Assembly: GCA_016432425.1 (NCBI GenBank)
Contig: CP066688.1
Span: 148,368 to 212,367, forward strand
DNA length: 64,000 nt
Origin: Candidatus Daviesbacteria bacterium
GTDB taxonomy: Bacteria; Patescibacteriota; Microgenomatia; Daviesbacterales; UBA10151
Reading direction: 5' to 3'
Positions 1 through 10,700 of this stretch are shown in pieces; the first letter of the stretch is position 1, and each line of letters begins with the position of its first letter. A program made the position numbers and the translations under genes. The notes under the pieces are model-generated. The model was not told where the DNA came from, did not search any database, and saw only the letters and a program-made list of their open reading frames with translations.

Positions 1-756
1 GGGGTAAAAAGTTATGGGGTATTTTGCTAAATCCTTTTTAATCTCTGCCAGCTCGTCCATTTCACTCTCATTAATATAACCGGCAATATGCAGACTCCAC
101 CCAGAAAGCAATTTTTGATCATATAATTTTTTAAAAGTATCAATTAAAACTTGATGCTTTTTGGGTTTTTTATATCCCAATAGTCGCCCGACCGTTAAAA
201 TATATTTTTTCTTTTCTGATGATTTTGTTGGTGAGGAAGATAGTTTAGCGATCTTTAAAACATCTACTGGCGGATAAACTATGGTCGTCTTAATCGGCCA
301 AGTTTTTTTAATAAACCCTTCAGTAAAAATTGAATTACAGATTCCTAAGTTCCAAGAAGAAAGTTTTTTCTTTCCCCAAATACCTTTATTTAAATTAGGT
401 AAGGGGGCTTGAAAATGAATTATACTATTTCTCGCTGTGGAATAAAAAACACTACCATCTGTCAGATAAAATAAAAAATCGTATTGTTTTAAAAAAAGTG
501 ACCTTTTAATCAAACTGCTACCTTTGCCCAAAGGAGCTTTAACTAAATTGACTTTAGATAAATTTAAGTTAAAACGTTTATTGCTTATTTTAATTAGTTC
601 GCAACTGCTCCAAGCGACAAGTTTATTATCTAATAAAATATCTACTTGATTATTCCGGGAAAGAAATTCTGCAATGGTCAGTATATACCTCTCTCCCCCA
701 CCGAAGGTATCAAGGTATGGTGTATATAATCCAATTCGCAAGTTGGTTTTGCTCAT
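1..756 (-). CDS. Glycosyltransferase family 4 (GT-B, group 1), partial; the gene runs off the left edge
   Basis: Hand translation of the minus strand from the ATG at 756 gives MSKTNLRIGLYTPYLDTFGGGERYILTIAEFL... and a later TVGRLLGYKKP motif. There is no in-frame stop down to position 1. The GGGERY and TVGRL motifs are typical of GT4 enzymes. The ORF track omits it because no stop lies in the window. Confidence 0.6.
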   Translation of the reverse strand, partial: MSKTNLRIGLYTPYLDTFGGGERYILTIAEFLSRNNQVDILLDNKLVAWSSCELIKISNKRFNLNLSKVNLVKAPLGKGSSLIKRSLFLKQYDFLFYLTDGSVFYSTARNSIIHFQAPLPNLNKGIWGKKKLSSWNLGICNSIFTEGFIKKTWPIKTTIVYPPVDVLKIAKLSSSPTKSSEKKKYILTVGRLLGYKKPKKHQVLIDTFKKLYDQKLLSGWSLHIAGYINESEMDELAEIKKDLAKYPITFYP

Positions 757-764
757 TTTCATTT

Positions 765-1577
765 TTAAAAATTAAACTCATTTTGGATAAGTTTTTTATC
801 AATATCATCATAAGTTTCTTGAAGAGATTTTTTTTGTTGGAGTTGCCATAACTTAACATAACTGATATACAAACTAAAAGCTTGCAGGAGAGAGTCAATT
901 ACCCCCACTGTGCCATTAAAAAATCCCTGGCGTAAAATTCCTTGATTAAAAATTTCACTAAATAAAATCTTTAAAAAGCGCCAGCTGCTCATCGGGGGAT
1001 GACCGCTGTCGTAACGCAACCTGGCATCAATGTTGGCCCAATCTAAACTTTTTAGAACCATGGAATCAATATCCCGATGGGTTAAATGTAAAAAGGAATT
1101 TTCTAATTTAGCTAGTTTTCCACTAAATTTTGGGCTTTCATGAACCTTTCCCTGCCAACATTGGAGAGATACCCTTTTGAATAAACGGATTACATAATCT
1201 GGCCAAAAAGCAGGGTATTTTTTCTCTGCTCCTAAAATAATATTCCGCCGGGAAATTGCCCAAGCTCCACTACCTTCTTTTGTTAAAATATTTTGGATTT
1301 CTTCTTTTAAGGGTTTAAGCACCCGCTCATCAGCATCTACATACAAGATCCAATCCCCTTTTGCCTCCTGCAGGCCTAAATTTCTCAATCTGGAAAAATC
1401 TTTTTCTGTAATTTGAGGACTAGAGACAATTTTTGCCCCCTCTGCCTTGGCGATTTTAATGGTGTCATCGGTTGACCCATCATCCACCACTACAATTTCA
1501 TCTGCCCATTTAACAGAAGACAGACAAGCTTTAATCATCTTTTCTTCGTCTTTAGTAATAATAATTACTGATAACAT
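765..1577 (-). CDS. Glycosyltransferase family 2 (GT-A)
   Basis: MLSVIIITKDEE...WADEIVVVDDGSTDDT...YVDADE. DxD and GT2 signature motifs are present. The start ATG abuts the stop of the next gene. Confidence 0.8.
   Translation of the reverse strand: MLSVIIITKDEEKMIKACLSSVKWADEIVVVDDGSTDDTIKIAKAEGAKIVSSPQITEKDFSRLRNLGLQEAKGDWILYVDADERVLKPLKEEIQNILTKEGSGAWAISRRNIILGAEKKYPAFWPDYVIRLFKRVSLQCWQGKVHESPKFSGKLAKLENSFLHLTHRDIDSMVLKSLDWANIDARLRYDSGHPPMSSWRFLKILFSEIFNQGILRQGFFNGTVGVIDSLLQAFSLYISYVKLWQLQQKKSLQETYDDIDKKLIQNEFNF
1447..1510. repeat. 64-nt tract identical to 6265..6328 (inside GT2 paralogs)
   Basis: TTGGCGATTTTAATGGTGTCATCGGTTGACCCATCATCCACCACTACAATTTCATCTGCCCATT occurs identically in both genes and encodes WADEIVVVDDGSTDDTIKIAK. 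Confidence 0.85.
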
Positions 1578-2432
1578 TTAAATGTTCCCTTCGTTAAAAT
1601 TGCCCATTAAAAAATCTAATAATGCTTTCCTTCTGGCAGGAATCCCCATATTTTTTAAAGCTTCTCGGAAAAGCGCAAACCTAGTTCTAAAAGGGGCAAA
1701 TTTAGAGGCAAAGAGCATTCTGTTGCGGGTGATGTAATAATCCTGGAGCGGAGAACCCAGTCCTGTAGAACGAGCATTTTTATGATGAATTAAAGAATTG
1801 GGCGTATACCAAACTTTAAACCCAGCTTGTTTTGCCCTCATGCAAAAATCAGCATCCTCATAGTATAAAAAATATCTCTCATCAAATAAACCTATTTTAT
1901 TAAACACTTTAGCAGAAATTAACATGGCGGCACCTGTCACATAATCAGTTTCCTCCGCTTGGTTATATTGACCGCTATCCAGCTCATCCACACCCCGATG
2001 TTTTCCTAATACATTTCTCATATCTAATATTCCCCCAGCATACCAAATTTTCTTACCGGTCCCAAAATATATTTTGGGACCGATTATCCCACTTTGATAT
2101 TTTTTGGTCTCATTTAATAAGTTCTCAACGGCATTTTTCTCTACCACTGTGTCAGGATTTAAAATTAAGATATACTCCGCTCCCCTCTCCAGCACATACT
2201 TAATTCCCACGTTATTACCCCCGGTAAAACCTAAATTTTTCTGAGTAACTATCAAAGGAATTTTAGGAAACTTTTTCTTGAGGGCCTCCACTGAACCATC
2301 GGCCGAGTTATTATCAATGACTAAAACTTTAAAATCTTTATTAAAACCGACACTTTTGGCAAGTGACTTAATACACTCTAAAACCTCCTTTTTTACTTTG
2401 TAGTTTAAAACTACGACGTAAGTTTTAATCAT
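1578..2432 (-). CDS. Glycosyltransferase family 2 (rhamnosyltransferase-like)
   Basis: VVLNYK...VIDNNSADGS...ILNPD...YYEDADF are GT2 motifs. It overlaps the downstream methyltransferase by 4 nt. Confidence 0.8.
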   Translation of the reverse strand: MIKTYVVVLNYKVKKEVLECIKSLAKSVGFNKDFKVLVIDNNSADGSVEALKKKFPKIPLIVTQKNLGFTGGNNVGIKYVLERGAEYILILNPDTVVEKNAVENLLNETKKYQSGIIGPKIYFGTGKKIWYAGGILDMRNVLGKHRGVDELDSGQYNQAEETDYVTGAAMLISAKVFNKIGLFDERYFLYYEDADFCMRAKQAGFKVWYTPNSLIHHKNARSTGLGSPLQDYYITRNRMLFASKFAPFRTRFALFREALKNMGIPARRKALLDFLMGNFNEGNI

Positions 2433-3064
2433 ATTTTCTGGGCAACAATTAGTTTCAGCATGCCTAAATGAAAAGTCTTAACTCCAATAATTTTAAAACC
2501 AATATTTTTGATTAATTGCTCCAGCAACCCACCGCTAAAATGTTGCACATGGGCATGGCTCCAATGGCGATAATACAGGGTCCACAAAAACCAAATTATT
2601 TGAAAAAGTTTATTTTCGCTGGGAACCAAAATATAAATTCTACTGCCTGCTTTAGCCACTCTTTTAATCTCCTTTAAAACTGCTCTCGGATCATCAACAT
2701 GCTCCATCATCTCCAAGCAAAAAATGCCTGAAAAAAAACTATTTTTAAATGGCAACTTCACTGCATCAGCTACTTCAAAATGACCAAAGGGGAGCCTTTT
2801 TTTAGCCAAAGCTATGGCTGAGCGGGAAACATCTATCCCATAAATATCCTGGCCGCCAATCTTTTTTAAGATTTGTTGAGTAAAAGTACCACTGTGGCAA
2901 CCCACATCTAATATAGGACCTTCAACTTCTTTAATGACTTTAAGTACTTCTACAAATCTTCGAAAATGCCAATATTTTTGGAATAAATTTTTCTTAATAC
3001 CCTGATCATAATGATCAGCCGGCACATCTTCATGTATCTCCAGTAATGATTTTTTCTTGGACAT
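2429..3064 (-). CDS. Class I SAM-dependent methyltransferase
   Basis: LDVGCHSGTFT matches motif I (GxGxG-like) of Rossmann-fold methyltransferases. The IYGIDVS and CLEMMEHV motifs follow. Confidence 0.75.
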   Translation of the reverse strand: MSKKKSLLEIHEDVPADHYDQGIKKNLFQKYWHFRRFVEVLKVIKEVEGPILDVGCHSGTFTQQILKKIGGQDIYGIDVSRSAIALAKKRLPFGHFEVADAVKLPFKNSFFSGIFCLEMMEHVDDPRAVLKEIKRVAKAGSRIYILVPSENKLFQIIWFLWTLYYRHWSHAHVQHFSGGLLEQLIKNIGFKIIGVKTFHLGMLKLIVAQKI

Positions 3065-3093
3065 CTATTATTTTTTTCCTCTCCTCTTAAAGA

Positions 3094-5505
3094 TTATGCT
3101 CGAAATGGCCTTTTCGATCTCCGAACTAAATAATAATAACCGGTCGTGACGAAAAGGCCAAATACTGCTAATAAGGATATCATTTTCCCTTTCTTAAAGC
3201 TATCTGGCTCGTACCTAATAATTACCCAATGATCTCCGGCCATTTTTATGGGCACAGCCATAAAAGTGTAATCTGCCTCAACTGGGGCAGTTAATTCTCC
3301 ATCTACATAAGCTTTCCATCCCGGGTAGAAAACCTGGGAAATAAAAAGTAACCCAGGTTGGTTAGTTTCCAGAGCAATTTCTTTTTGGCTAGCTTCATCT
3401 TTAATTATCCGAACTGTTCCCTGCCCTGGTTGAGGATGGAAATCTAAGTCCGTGTTAATAATTAGTTTTTTAGATAAATCGGACTCAAGCAAAAAACTTA
3501 AAATCTTTTGCTCATCCCTTTCTACTTGCCAATCATAAAACATCATTGCCCGGGGCAGTACTTTGGTATTTTCTAGCACCGCTACTGTTTTATCGGTAAA
3601 AACCGGTTTTAAAAATGGGGTCTTAAATCTGTCCGGTAAACTTCCTTGTGGGTCAGGTTTACCCTGGGAGTCTTTTTTCAAGGCTAAGATGTATTTAGCA
3701 TTAACTAGTGATAATAAGGGGGAATTGGGGTTGGAAACTGAGCCGTATCTGCCCATTGGGGTAGCTGCTGTATCCCCTGAATTTAACACCCCTAAAAATT
3801 TAGCATATTTAATTGGATAAACAGCATCATAACCTTCCACTGTTTCAATCCGATAATTCATTAAAAAATTAATCGGGATAACATCTTCTGCCATCACCCG
3901 GTAATGCTTTTGTTGGCGTAAAAATTCAATCACCGAGGTGGTGGGGAAAACTATCTCCGGAGAGGAAAAGGGGGTAAATTTCCAGCCAAAGCGGAATAGT
4001 TCCCCTATTGCCAAAACAATCAATATCAATACTAAAATTAATTTACTCCGTCCTTTGTTACCAAATTTATAATGACACCATAGGATTATCCCAGTTACTG
4101 TGAGTAAAATTGTTGGCAAAATTAAATTGCGCAAGGCCACTTTCAAATTAGCTAAAAATTTTAATGATTCTTCATTGATCAAAAAATGGTATTGAAAAAA
4201 TAAAAAAACTGACCCAGTCACCAAAAGGTAAGCCAGTAAAATAATGCCAGGCAAATAAAGGGCTCGTCTGATTTTCTCGAGTGTTAATTTATCTTTAAGT
4301 AAGCCGTCAATCCCAAAAGCGCCCAAAATGGCAACACCCAAATTAAATAAAATGAGCGCCCGATGAGCAGAAGCTGCCTGCAAACCCAATAAACCTGCCT
4401 CCTTAAAGGCTACTGAAATAGGGTTGGGCAGAGCAATAAACAAAGAAGCTAAACTTAAAACAAAAGCAAATTGGGCATACTTGTTTTTAAAATGAAACAG
4501 ATAACCCAACGATGCCAAAATCCCTACCACCACTCCTACAAAACCAGTGGTTAAAGTATAATCTGCCGGCCCCCAGTAATTATAAGTTGCATGATTGCCA
4601 AAATAGTCAGGGGCAAAAAAAGTTATAAGCAACTGCCATGGCAAAAAGGCCCAGCGGTTTAACACTATTTCTATACTTCTTTGTGAATGAGCTAATAATT
4701 CACCACCCGGCAAAAGTTGTACTCCTGCCAATCCCAAACCAATTAAAATTAAAAAACCGAAACTGAAAATTTTTTTAAAATTAAATAATAATTTAAAATC
4801 TAGTATGATAATTAACAGTAGTATAGACAAAAATTCATAAAGGATAATTTGCGGATAACCGGAAAAAATCTGCAGGCAAAGCGTTATTGGCAGCAAAAAT
4901 CCCGCCCAAACTTTTTCCTTAAAAAGAAATTTGATACTTAAAAATAAAATTGCCGGAAAAAAGGCAGCCACCAAGGAATGTCCATTCCACTGTAACCAAA
5001 CAGTGATAAACCCGGCAAAAGAGAAAAAAATTCCTCCGGCCATGGCAGCCAGTTTACTACGACCTATTTCTCTGAGTAGAAAATATAAAAATACTGCTGC
5101 CAACAGAGGCTGAAAAATTATTTGCCAGTTCCAAGCTGATAATTTTGGTAAGATAAAGTATAAAAAATTAGTGGGAGAAAAGGGAGCTGATTGAAAATTA
5201 GCCAGCAACGGTGTTCCTGCTAAAATTAAATTATTCCACAAAGGGATGTCGCCATTTTTTAATTGATCGATAGCAAACATCTGCATGGGGAAAATAAAAG
5301 ATACAACATCGGTGGTAATGGGATTTTTAACTGGAACTCCTGCTTCAAAACCCGCCCATTTATAATCTAACCAAGGATAGTAAACCCCCACTACAAAATC
5401 CGCTGGCAAAGGAATTTTACCCTGCAGCCAAACCGGATAAAAAAAGATCGCTACCACAACAACAATCGTCAAAACAGGCCATAGGATATTAAAGGCTCTT
5501 CTCAT
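3094..5505 (-). CDS. YfhO-like polytopic membrane protein (putative GT-C family glycosyltransferase)
   Basis: 803 aa. The N-terminal ~450 aa are rich in TM helices. A large soluble domain follows, then a single terminal TM helix (MISLLAVFGLFVTTGYYYLV). This architecture is typical of YfhO. Confidence 0.5.
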   Translation of the reverse strand: MRRAFNILWPVLTIVVVVAIFFYPVWLQGKIPLPADFVVGVYYPWLDYKWAGFEAGVPVKNPITTDVVSFIFPMQMFAIDQLKNGDIPLWNNLILAGTPLLANFQSAPFSPTNFLYFILPKLSAWNWQIIFQPLLAAVFLYFLLREIGRSKLAAMAGGIFFSFAGFITVWLQWNGHSLVAAFFPAILFLSIKFLFKEKVWAGFLLPITLCLQIFSGYPQIILYEFLSILLLIIILDFKLLFNFKKIFSFGFLILIGLGLAGVQLLPGGELLAHSQRSIEIVLNRWAFLPWQLLITFFAPDYFGNHATYNYWGPADYTLTTGFVGVVVGILASLGYLFHFKNKYAQFAFVLSLASLFIALPNPISVAFKEAGLLGLQAASAHRALILFNLGVAILGAFGIDGLLKDKLTLEKIRRALYLPGIILLAYLLVTGSVFLFFQYHFLINEESLKFLANLKVALRNLILPTILLTVTGIILWCHYKFGNKGRSKLILVLILIVLAIGELFRFGWKFTPFSSPEIVFPTTSVIEFLRQQKHYRVMAEDVIPINFLMNYRIETVEGYDAVYPIKYAKFLGVLNSGDTAATPMGRYGSVSNPNSPLLSLVNAKYILALKKDSQGKPDPQGSLPDRFKTPFLKPVFTDKTVAVLENTKVLPRAMMFYDWQVERDEQKILSFLLESDLSKKLIINTDLDFHPQPGQGTVRIIKDEASQKEIALETNQPGLLFISQVFYPGWKAYVDGELTAPVEADYTFMAVPIKMAGDHWVIIRYEPDSFKKGKMISLLAVFGLFVTTGYYYLVRRSKRPFRA

Positions 5506-6401
5506 TTCACTCTATTTGCCACTTTTTGTACAAATCTTTTAAGGGGATTTTTAGATAAATTGCCATATTTAAACCAATAATCTAAATCCTCACCGGATTT
5601 TTTCTTTAGTTGTCTAAGCTCAGTTAAGTCAATTTCTTTTGAAAAAAATTTCTCTTTTTCCCAAACTTTTAGATACATAATCAGAAAAGAAAAAGCTTGG
5701 AGCAAACTTAAAGATAGACCATGAAGGCCATCTTCAAAACCGCGGTTAGCAAAAAACCGGCTTAAAAATTCTGACAGCGGCTTAGTTAAAAGATCTGACC
5801 AACTAAATTTATAGCCATTTTCTATTAGCTCGTTTGCCTGAATTGTAGTATAACGATTTAATCGCTCCACGAATTCGTTAATTGTGCGATAGTGATGGTG
5901 AGTAATTGCCAACTCTTCCTTTAGCTCTAATTTCATTCCCTCCCCTGCCACATCTGGTGGACGATGAATTTTATTACTCCATTTAACCGCGCCTTTTCTA
6001 AAAAATCTAATGTTATAATCCGGCCACCACATAGAAGCTTTCATCCATTTGTTAAAGATGATATTTTTCCGAGGTATTTCTACATAGTTGATTTGCTCCA
6101 AATTTTTGCTAATATCGCGCAGTCTTTTTGCCAGTTCTGAAGAAATTTCTTCGTCGGTATCTAAAATTAAAATCCAATCACCACTGGCTTTAGAAATTGC
6201 CAGATTGCGGGCCGGCTCGACAAATCCAACACTTTTGTGTTTATATATTTTATTGGTATATTTTTTGGCGATTTTAATGGTGTCATCGGTTGACCCATCA
6301 TCCACCACTACAATTTCATCTGCCCATTGGACTGAAGTTAGGGCTGTTTCCAAATATAGGGCAGCATTTAAAGCATTAATCACCACAGAAATATTGGCCA
6401 T
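5502..6401 (-). CDS. Glycosyltransferase family 2
   Basis: ISVVINALN...WADEIVVVDDGSTDDTIKIAK...ILDTDEE. It shares a 64-nt identical tract with the GT2 gene at 765..1577. Confidence 0.8.
   Translation of the reverse strand: MANISVVINALNAALYLETALTSVQWADEIVVVDDGSTDDTIKIAKKYTNKIYKHKSVGFVEPARNLAISKASGDWILILDTDEEISSELAKRLRDISKNLEQINYVEIPRKNIIFNKWMKASMWWPDYNIRFFRKGAVKWSNKIHRPPDVAGEGMKLELKEELAITHHHYRTINEFVERLNRYTTIQANELIENGYKFSWSDLLTKPLSEFLSRFFANRGFEDGLHGLSLSLLQAFSFLIMYLKVWEKEKFFSKEIDLTELRQLKKKSGEDLDYWFKYGNLSKNPLKRFVQKVANRVK
6265..6328. repeat. 64-nt tract identical to 1447..1510
   Basis: See the partner feature at 1447..1510. Confidence 0.85.
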
Positions 6402-6422
6402 ATATGTATCTTAACGATTTTC

Positions 6423-7772
6423 TTACTCCTCTGCCACTTTTGTTATCGAAAACATTTTTATTATCTGGAAGAATAAAACTACATTAATTACAGAAAGTAG
6501 TCTGGCGATTAACCCCTCTTGCCAAATTAAAACTTGACGCAAAGGTTCGAGCCACTGGGGAAACCACCAACCGTGATAGAGATTAACCCAAAAAATTAAA
6601 CTCAAAATTAAGAAATATTTAATAAATCTGGGTCTGTAAATAGTAAGGAAAAATAAAGAGGCTATGGCAGCATATTCATATCTTTCCAACATGTTAGTTA
6701 AAAAAAGCCAACCGCTGAAAGAAACTAAAAACATTGCTTTAAAAATATTTTCTAAAGTTACTTTATTTAATAGTTTAAAAGCAAACAAATTAATTAAGGC
6801 GAAAATCCCATACCCCCAAAGCTTGGCTGGTAAAAATAGAAAAATGTAATCCTGGCCAAAAGCTTTATTACCTATCAAAATATGCCAAAAGTTAAAAGAG
6901 TTGGTAGAAAGTCTAAATTCTGCCCGATGCACTACTTTGGGAAAAAGATAAGTCTTAGTAAAAGTGACTACATCTAAATTAGTAAAGGGGACAATAATTA
7001 GATATGTCATTACCAGAGAAGCTATTATTCCTAGTCCTAATTGCCAAAGTTGAGTTTTTTGCTTAATCAGCAACCATAAAAAGAAAGGCAAAAAGACAAC
7101 TGCAGTGGGTTTAAAATGCAGTGCTAGACTTAGGAGTATGATAGAGAAAAAGATCTTCCTTTGGTAAAGCAGTAAAAAAGAAACCAGTACCAATAAAAAA
7201 TCTAAATTATCAGATTGACCCCAAAAGGAAGACAGATAAAAACTAAAAGGAGAAAGTAAAAAAAGCAGGGGCCAAATTAAAGGATATTTTATATGTTGTG
7301 ATTTAGCTAAATAGTAAGAAACAACTGCCAGCGCCAAATCGGCCAAAATTAAAGGCAGTTTAATTGTCATTAAAAAACCTGTTTTCAGGATCGTCACATC
7401 GTATTTTTGGATATCAAACCATTTTATAAAATCAAACCACCACACCATATGGCCAGGTGCCGTATGGGGAACAACATTAAAAGTTAAAAAGCGGAAAAAC
7501 TCCAAAATCTGCCAGTAAAGCCACCTGTCAAAACCAAAGAATAAACTCCCCAATGGCGGATAATTAGGCCAAGAATAAATCCAAATTTCAAAATTATAAA
7601 AACCCAAGGGGCCATGGTCAAAAATCCACTGGCCCCAAGCAGCCTGAGATAAAATATCGACATGAAAAACTAGATTACTCAAAAAAACTTTAACAAAAAA
7701 GGCCAACAGAATTATCAAAAATATCGGGGAAGTTTTTGCCTGTAAAAAAGCTATCTTAATTTTAGCAACCAT
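6423..7772 (-). CDS. Polytopic membrane protein, putative GT-C-like glycosyltransferase
   Basis: 449 aa with more than 10 predicted TM helices. It is embedded in the glycosylation operon. No motif is diagnostic. Confidence 0.4.
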   Translation of the reverse strand: MVAKIKIAFLQAKTSPIFLIILLAFFVKVFLSNLVFHVDILSQAAWGQWIFDHGPLGFYNFEIWIYSWPNYPPLGSLFFGFDRWLYWQILEFFRFLTFNVVPHTAPGHMVWWFDFIKWFDIQKYDVTILKTGFLMTIKLPLILADLALAVVSYYLAKSQHIKYPLIWPLLFLLSPFSFYLSSFWGQSDNLDFLLVLVSFLLLYQRKIFFSIILLSLALHFKPTAVVFLPFFLWLLIKQKTQLWQLGLGIIASLVMTYLIIVPFTNLDVVTFTKTYLFPKVVHRAEFRLSTNSFNFWHILIGNKAFGQDYIFLFLPAKLWGYGIFALINLFAFKLLNKVTLENIFKAMFLVSFSGWLFLTNMLERYEYAAIASLFFLTIYRPRFIKYFLILSLIFWVNLYHGWWFPQWLEPLRQVLIWQEGLIARLLSVINVVLFFQIIKMFSITKVAEE

Positions 7773-10700
7773 TAGAGATTTATATTTTGGAAAATTTCCA
7801 CTTCTTCATTTTTATAAATACTTTTTAAATCAAATTTCTGCTGGTCGGGAGTAAAATCAGCAATTTTGGGAGTATAGATATATTTAATTTTAAATTCCTG
7901 CAAATATCTTTTGACTATTTCTTCTTCCCGCAAGGCAAAGATATCTTTGGCAATTTGCAGCCGGCCCCTAAAATCTACCCCTAAAATGTTTAAGTTGACT
8001 GTATCAGCTAAAAATTCTCTCTGCCCGGAAAAAGCTCCCACATAACCGGTGGATTCATAAGCCAGCAGCGGAATCGGTTCCACAAATTTTTGTTTTAACC
8101 TTTCATCATAATAAAAATTTAAAACTACTCCTTGAGGAAGTTGTCTTAAAAAGTCCAGCGCTGCTAGTTCTGCCCTTGAAATTCTGGCAGGCGGACGCTG
8201 AGGCAAAAAGTGGTTTAGGGTATCAAAAGTAGTAGGAATAGTTAAAATTACAATGACCAGCGCAAATATTTTCCCCCAAGATTTAAATTGATTTATCAAA
8301 AAAGCTATTGATATTCCTGCCAGCAGATTAAAAATGAAAATAAAATAGTAGAAAAATTGGACAATATTAAAGCTGCCTCCTTTTTGAATAAACAAAAGTG
8401 GAATAGTTAAAGACAACCCTAAAAATATTCCCATAAACAGATTCCAACGGTTGAGTTTAAGGAATTTTGCGCCAGACAATAGGACAACTATTCTGGTACC
8501 TAAATTACCAATCACAAAAATAATTAATCCTAAAACTTCAGCGGCTAAGAATTTGAAGTAATTACCTGTTTCTAAACCATTCATTCTGGCTAAAGAAAGC
8601 CTGGCAAAATTCAATCGGTCAACCGAATCAACCATGGAATGAACTAACCAAAAAGGCGAAAAAATTAGCAAAGTCCCTCCGGCTAAATTGTTTGGCAAAA
8701 AAATCAAAGCTGATAAAATCAACATTGGCCCAGTCAGTTTAATTAAGTCATATTTTTGTTTAACTGTCTCTATTAAGGTAAGTAAAAATAAACTTGCCAA
8801 GACTAAAATTCCGCCGTAAACTTTAAATTCAATCAAACTCCCCCATAAGATTATTAATGGAATCATCAGCGCCTGCTGGCGTTTTTGGTCATTTAATTTT
8901 TGAAACAGTACCAGCCCGGCCAAAAACAGCAAAAGAGAAATTGCCAAAGGATGGTTTAATAGAGTAGAAATTGACTGCTGTGCCCAAAATAAACTTTCTC
9001 CTCCCAAGCTTTTTTCTTTGAAATAGGACAAAACCCATCCGAAACTACCACCAAAATAAACAAAAAACACAGACCATTTGGCTGCTAAACGAGAGTTGCT
9101 CCAAGCATTAACCAATAAATAAGTTAAGATACCAATAAAAATAGCTAAAACCAAAGGATATAATCTAAAATAAAGGTCATTGACAGAAATGCTTGTTAAC
9201 TGAGAAGTTACTCCCAAAAGCAGATCATAAAAATAATGATAGTTTGTCAAAACAGTATTGCTAAAATTAGGGCTCTGCAATGGTAAACCTTCTTTAACCC
9301 TCTCCGCTAAACTGAAATGCCAAATTGCATCATGTCCGTTAGGGCCCCAAAAACCCAAACCATAATCAAAAAGTAAACCATTCTTCACTGAAGTCAACAG
9401 CCAAACTACTGAAGCCCCAATGATTAATAAACTGGATATTAAAAATTCTCTTGACCAGCTAATTTTTGGCCGGATCAAATTTTTCTGAAGGTACAAAATT
9501 GAAATAAGCGGTATGGCAAGCAGCCCCCAATAAAATTTAACAAAACCTAGCAAAAAGGCTCCCAAAGTAAAAAGGCATATTCCCAAAGGGATGGATAAAA
9601 TAAATTTTTCATTATCCGTGAGGGTAGTTTTTCGCAAAACAGAGAGCCCGGGCAAATAGAAAAAAATCGCAGAAAAAATTAAAAATATCATTAAATTTTT
9701 AAGTTGTTTAAACAAAACTATAAAAATATTTTCATAAAGATAATTTTGAAAAGAGTGAGGCATTTTGGTAACTTGATGAGAAGAAGAAATCGCTTGAGAA
9801 ATAGCGACGGAAATTGGCCGGGAGATACCGTCTATTTTAATGTCATTTGGCAAAAACTCCAAAGTTCTTTTGGTATTGGCTTGATTTAAATAACTTATTT
9901 GCAAACCTAAAACAGTAGGCTTTACTTCTATTTGAGAAATTTTACCCTCATCAATTAGCCAGCGGTCGCCGAAGCTGACTTCATCTAAATTTTTGGTTTC
10001 CATCATGGCCAAATTTAAGCTGGCACAAGCCTGGATAAGACAGGGCTCGTCGTGACTGTCAAAGTATTCCCGTAAATCCCGAATCACACTACCATCTTTG
10101 GTATAAAACCAGCCTAGACGATATTTAGAAGTCTGGTACCAAACTACTGCCCCGCTCCCTCCCAGAGGATCTTGGGCAAAAATAATTTTTGGGGGGGAAG
10201 TGGTGGGGAAAAGCGCAGAGTAACGGCGGGCAAAATCGGACATAGTCACAACTTTGACCCCGGTCTTTTGCAAATTGGCTACCGTCTCTAACTGATTAAT
10301 ATATTCCTTACCATATTCAACCCAGGAAAAATCATTTTCCAAACCAACAGTGACTTGACCTAAACTGGAATAAGGATTATCTAAATAAATACGTAATAAT
10401 TTTTTAAAATAATCAGTAGTTAAATTATGATATTTAGGGTTAGCATAATCATTGGCTTGCACGGAGTAAGTGCTATCTAATACTCCGTTGCCGAAACTAT
10501 TATAGGGATCACGGGCAGCCCATTGGATAGTAAGGACGCCAATTTTTTGGTCTGCTCCAGAGGCAGGCACTAGCGCATTTCTAGAAGCCGGATAAAAAGG
10601 GGTGGAAAAGTATTGTCCCCAAACTTGATAATTATCAGTCGTATATTGATCAGCCACATCCAAGTTAGCCACAATTCCGTAATTTTGTTTCATAAAGATA

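Noticed and set aside
710-898. 62-aa minus-strand ORF from the six-frame track
   Set aside because: It overlaps the start of the partial GT4 gene (ATG at 756) and the 3' end of the GT2 gene in another frame. It is low-complexity and K/N-rich, and is most likely a spurious ORF.
3563-5113. Plus-strand ORFs 3563..3820 and 4931..5113 inside the YfhO-like gene
   Set aside because: They are antisense to a long membrane-protein gene that is well supported by its architecture. They are short, have no motifs, and are typical of AT-rich antisense frames.
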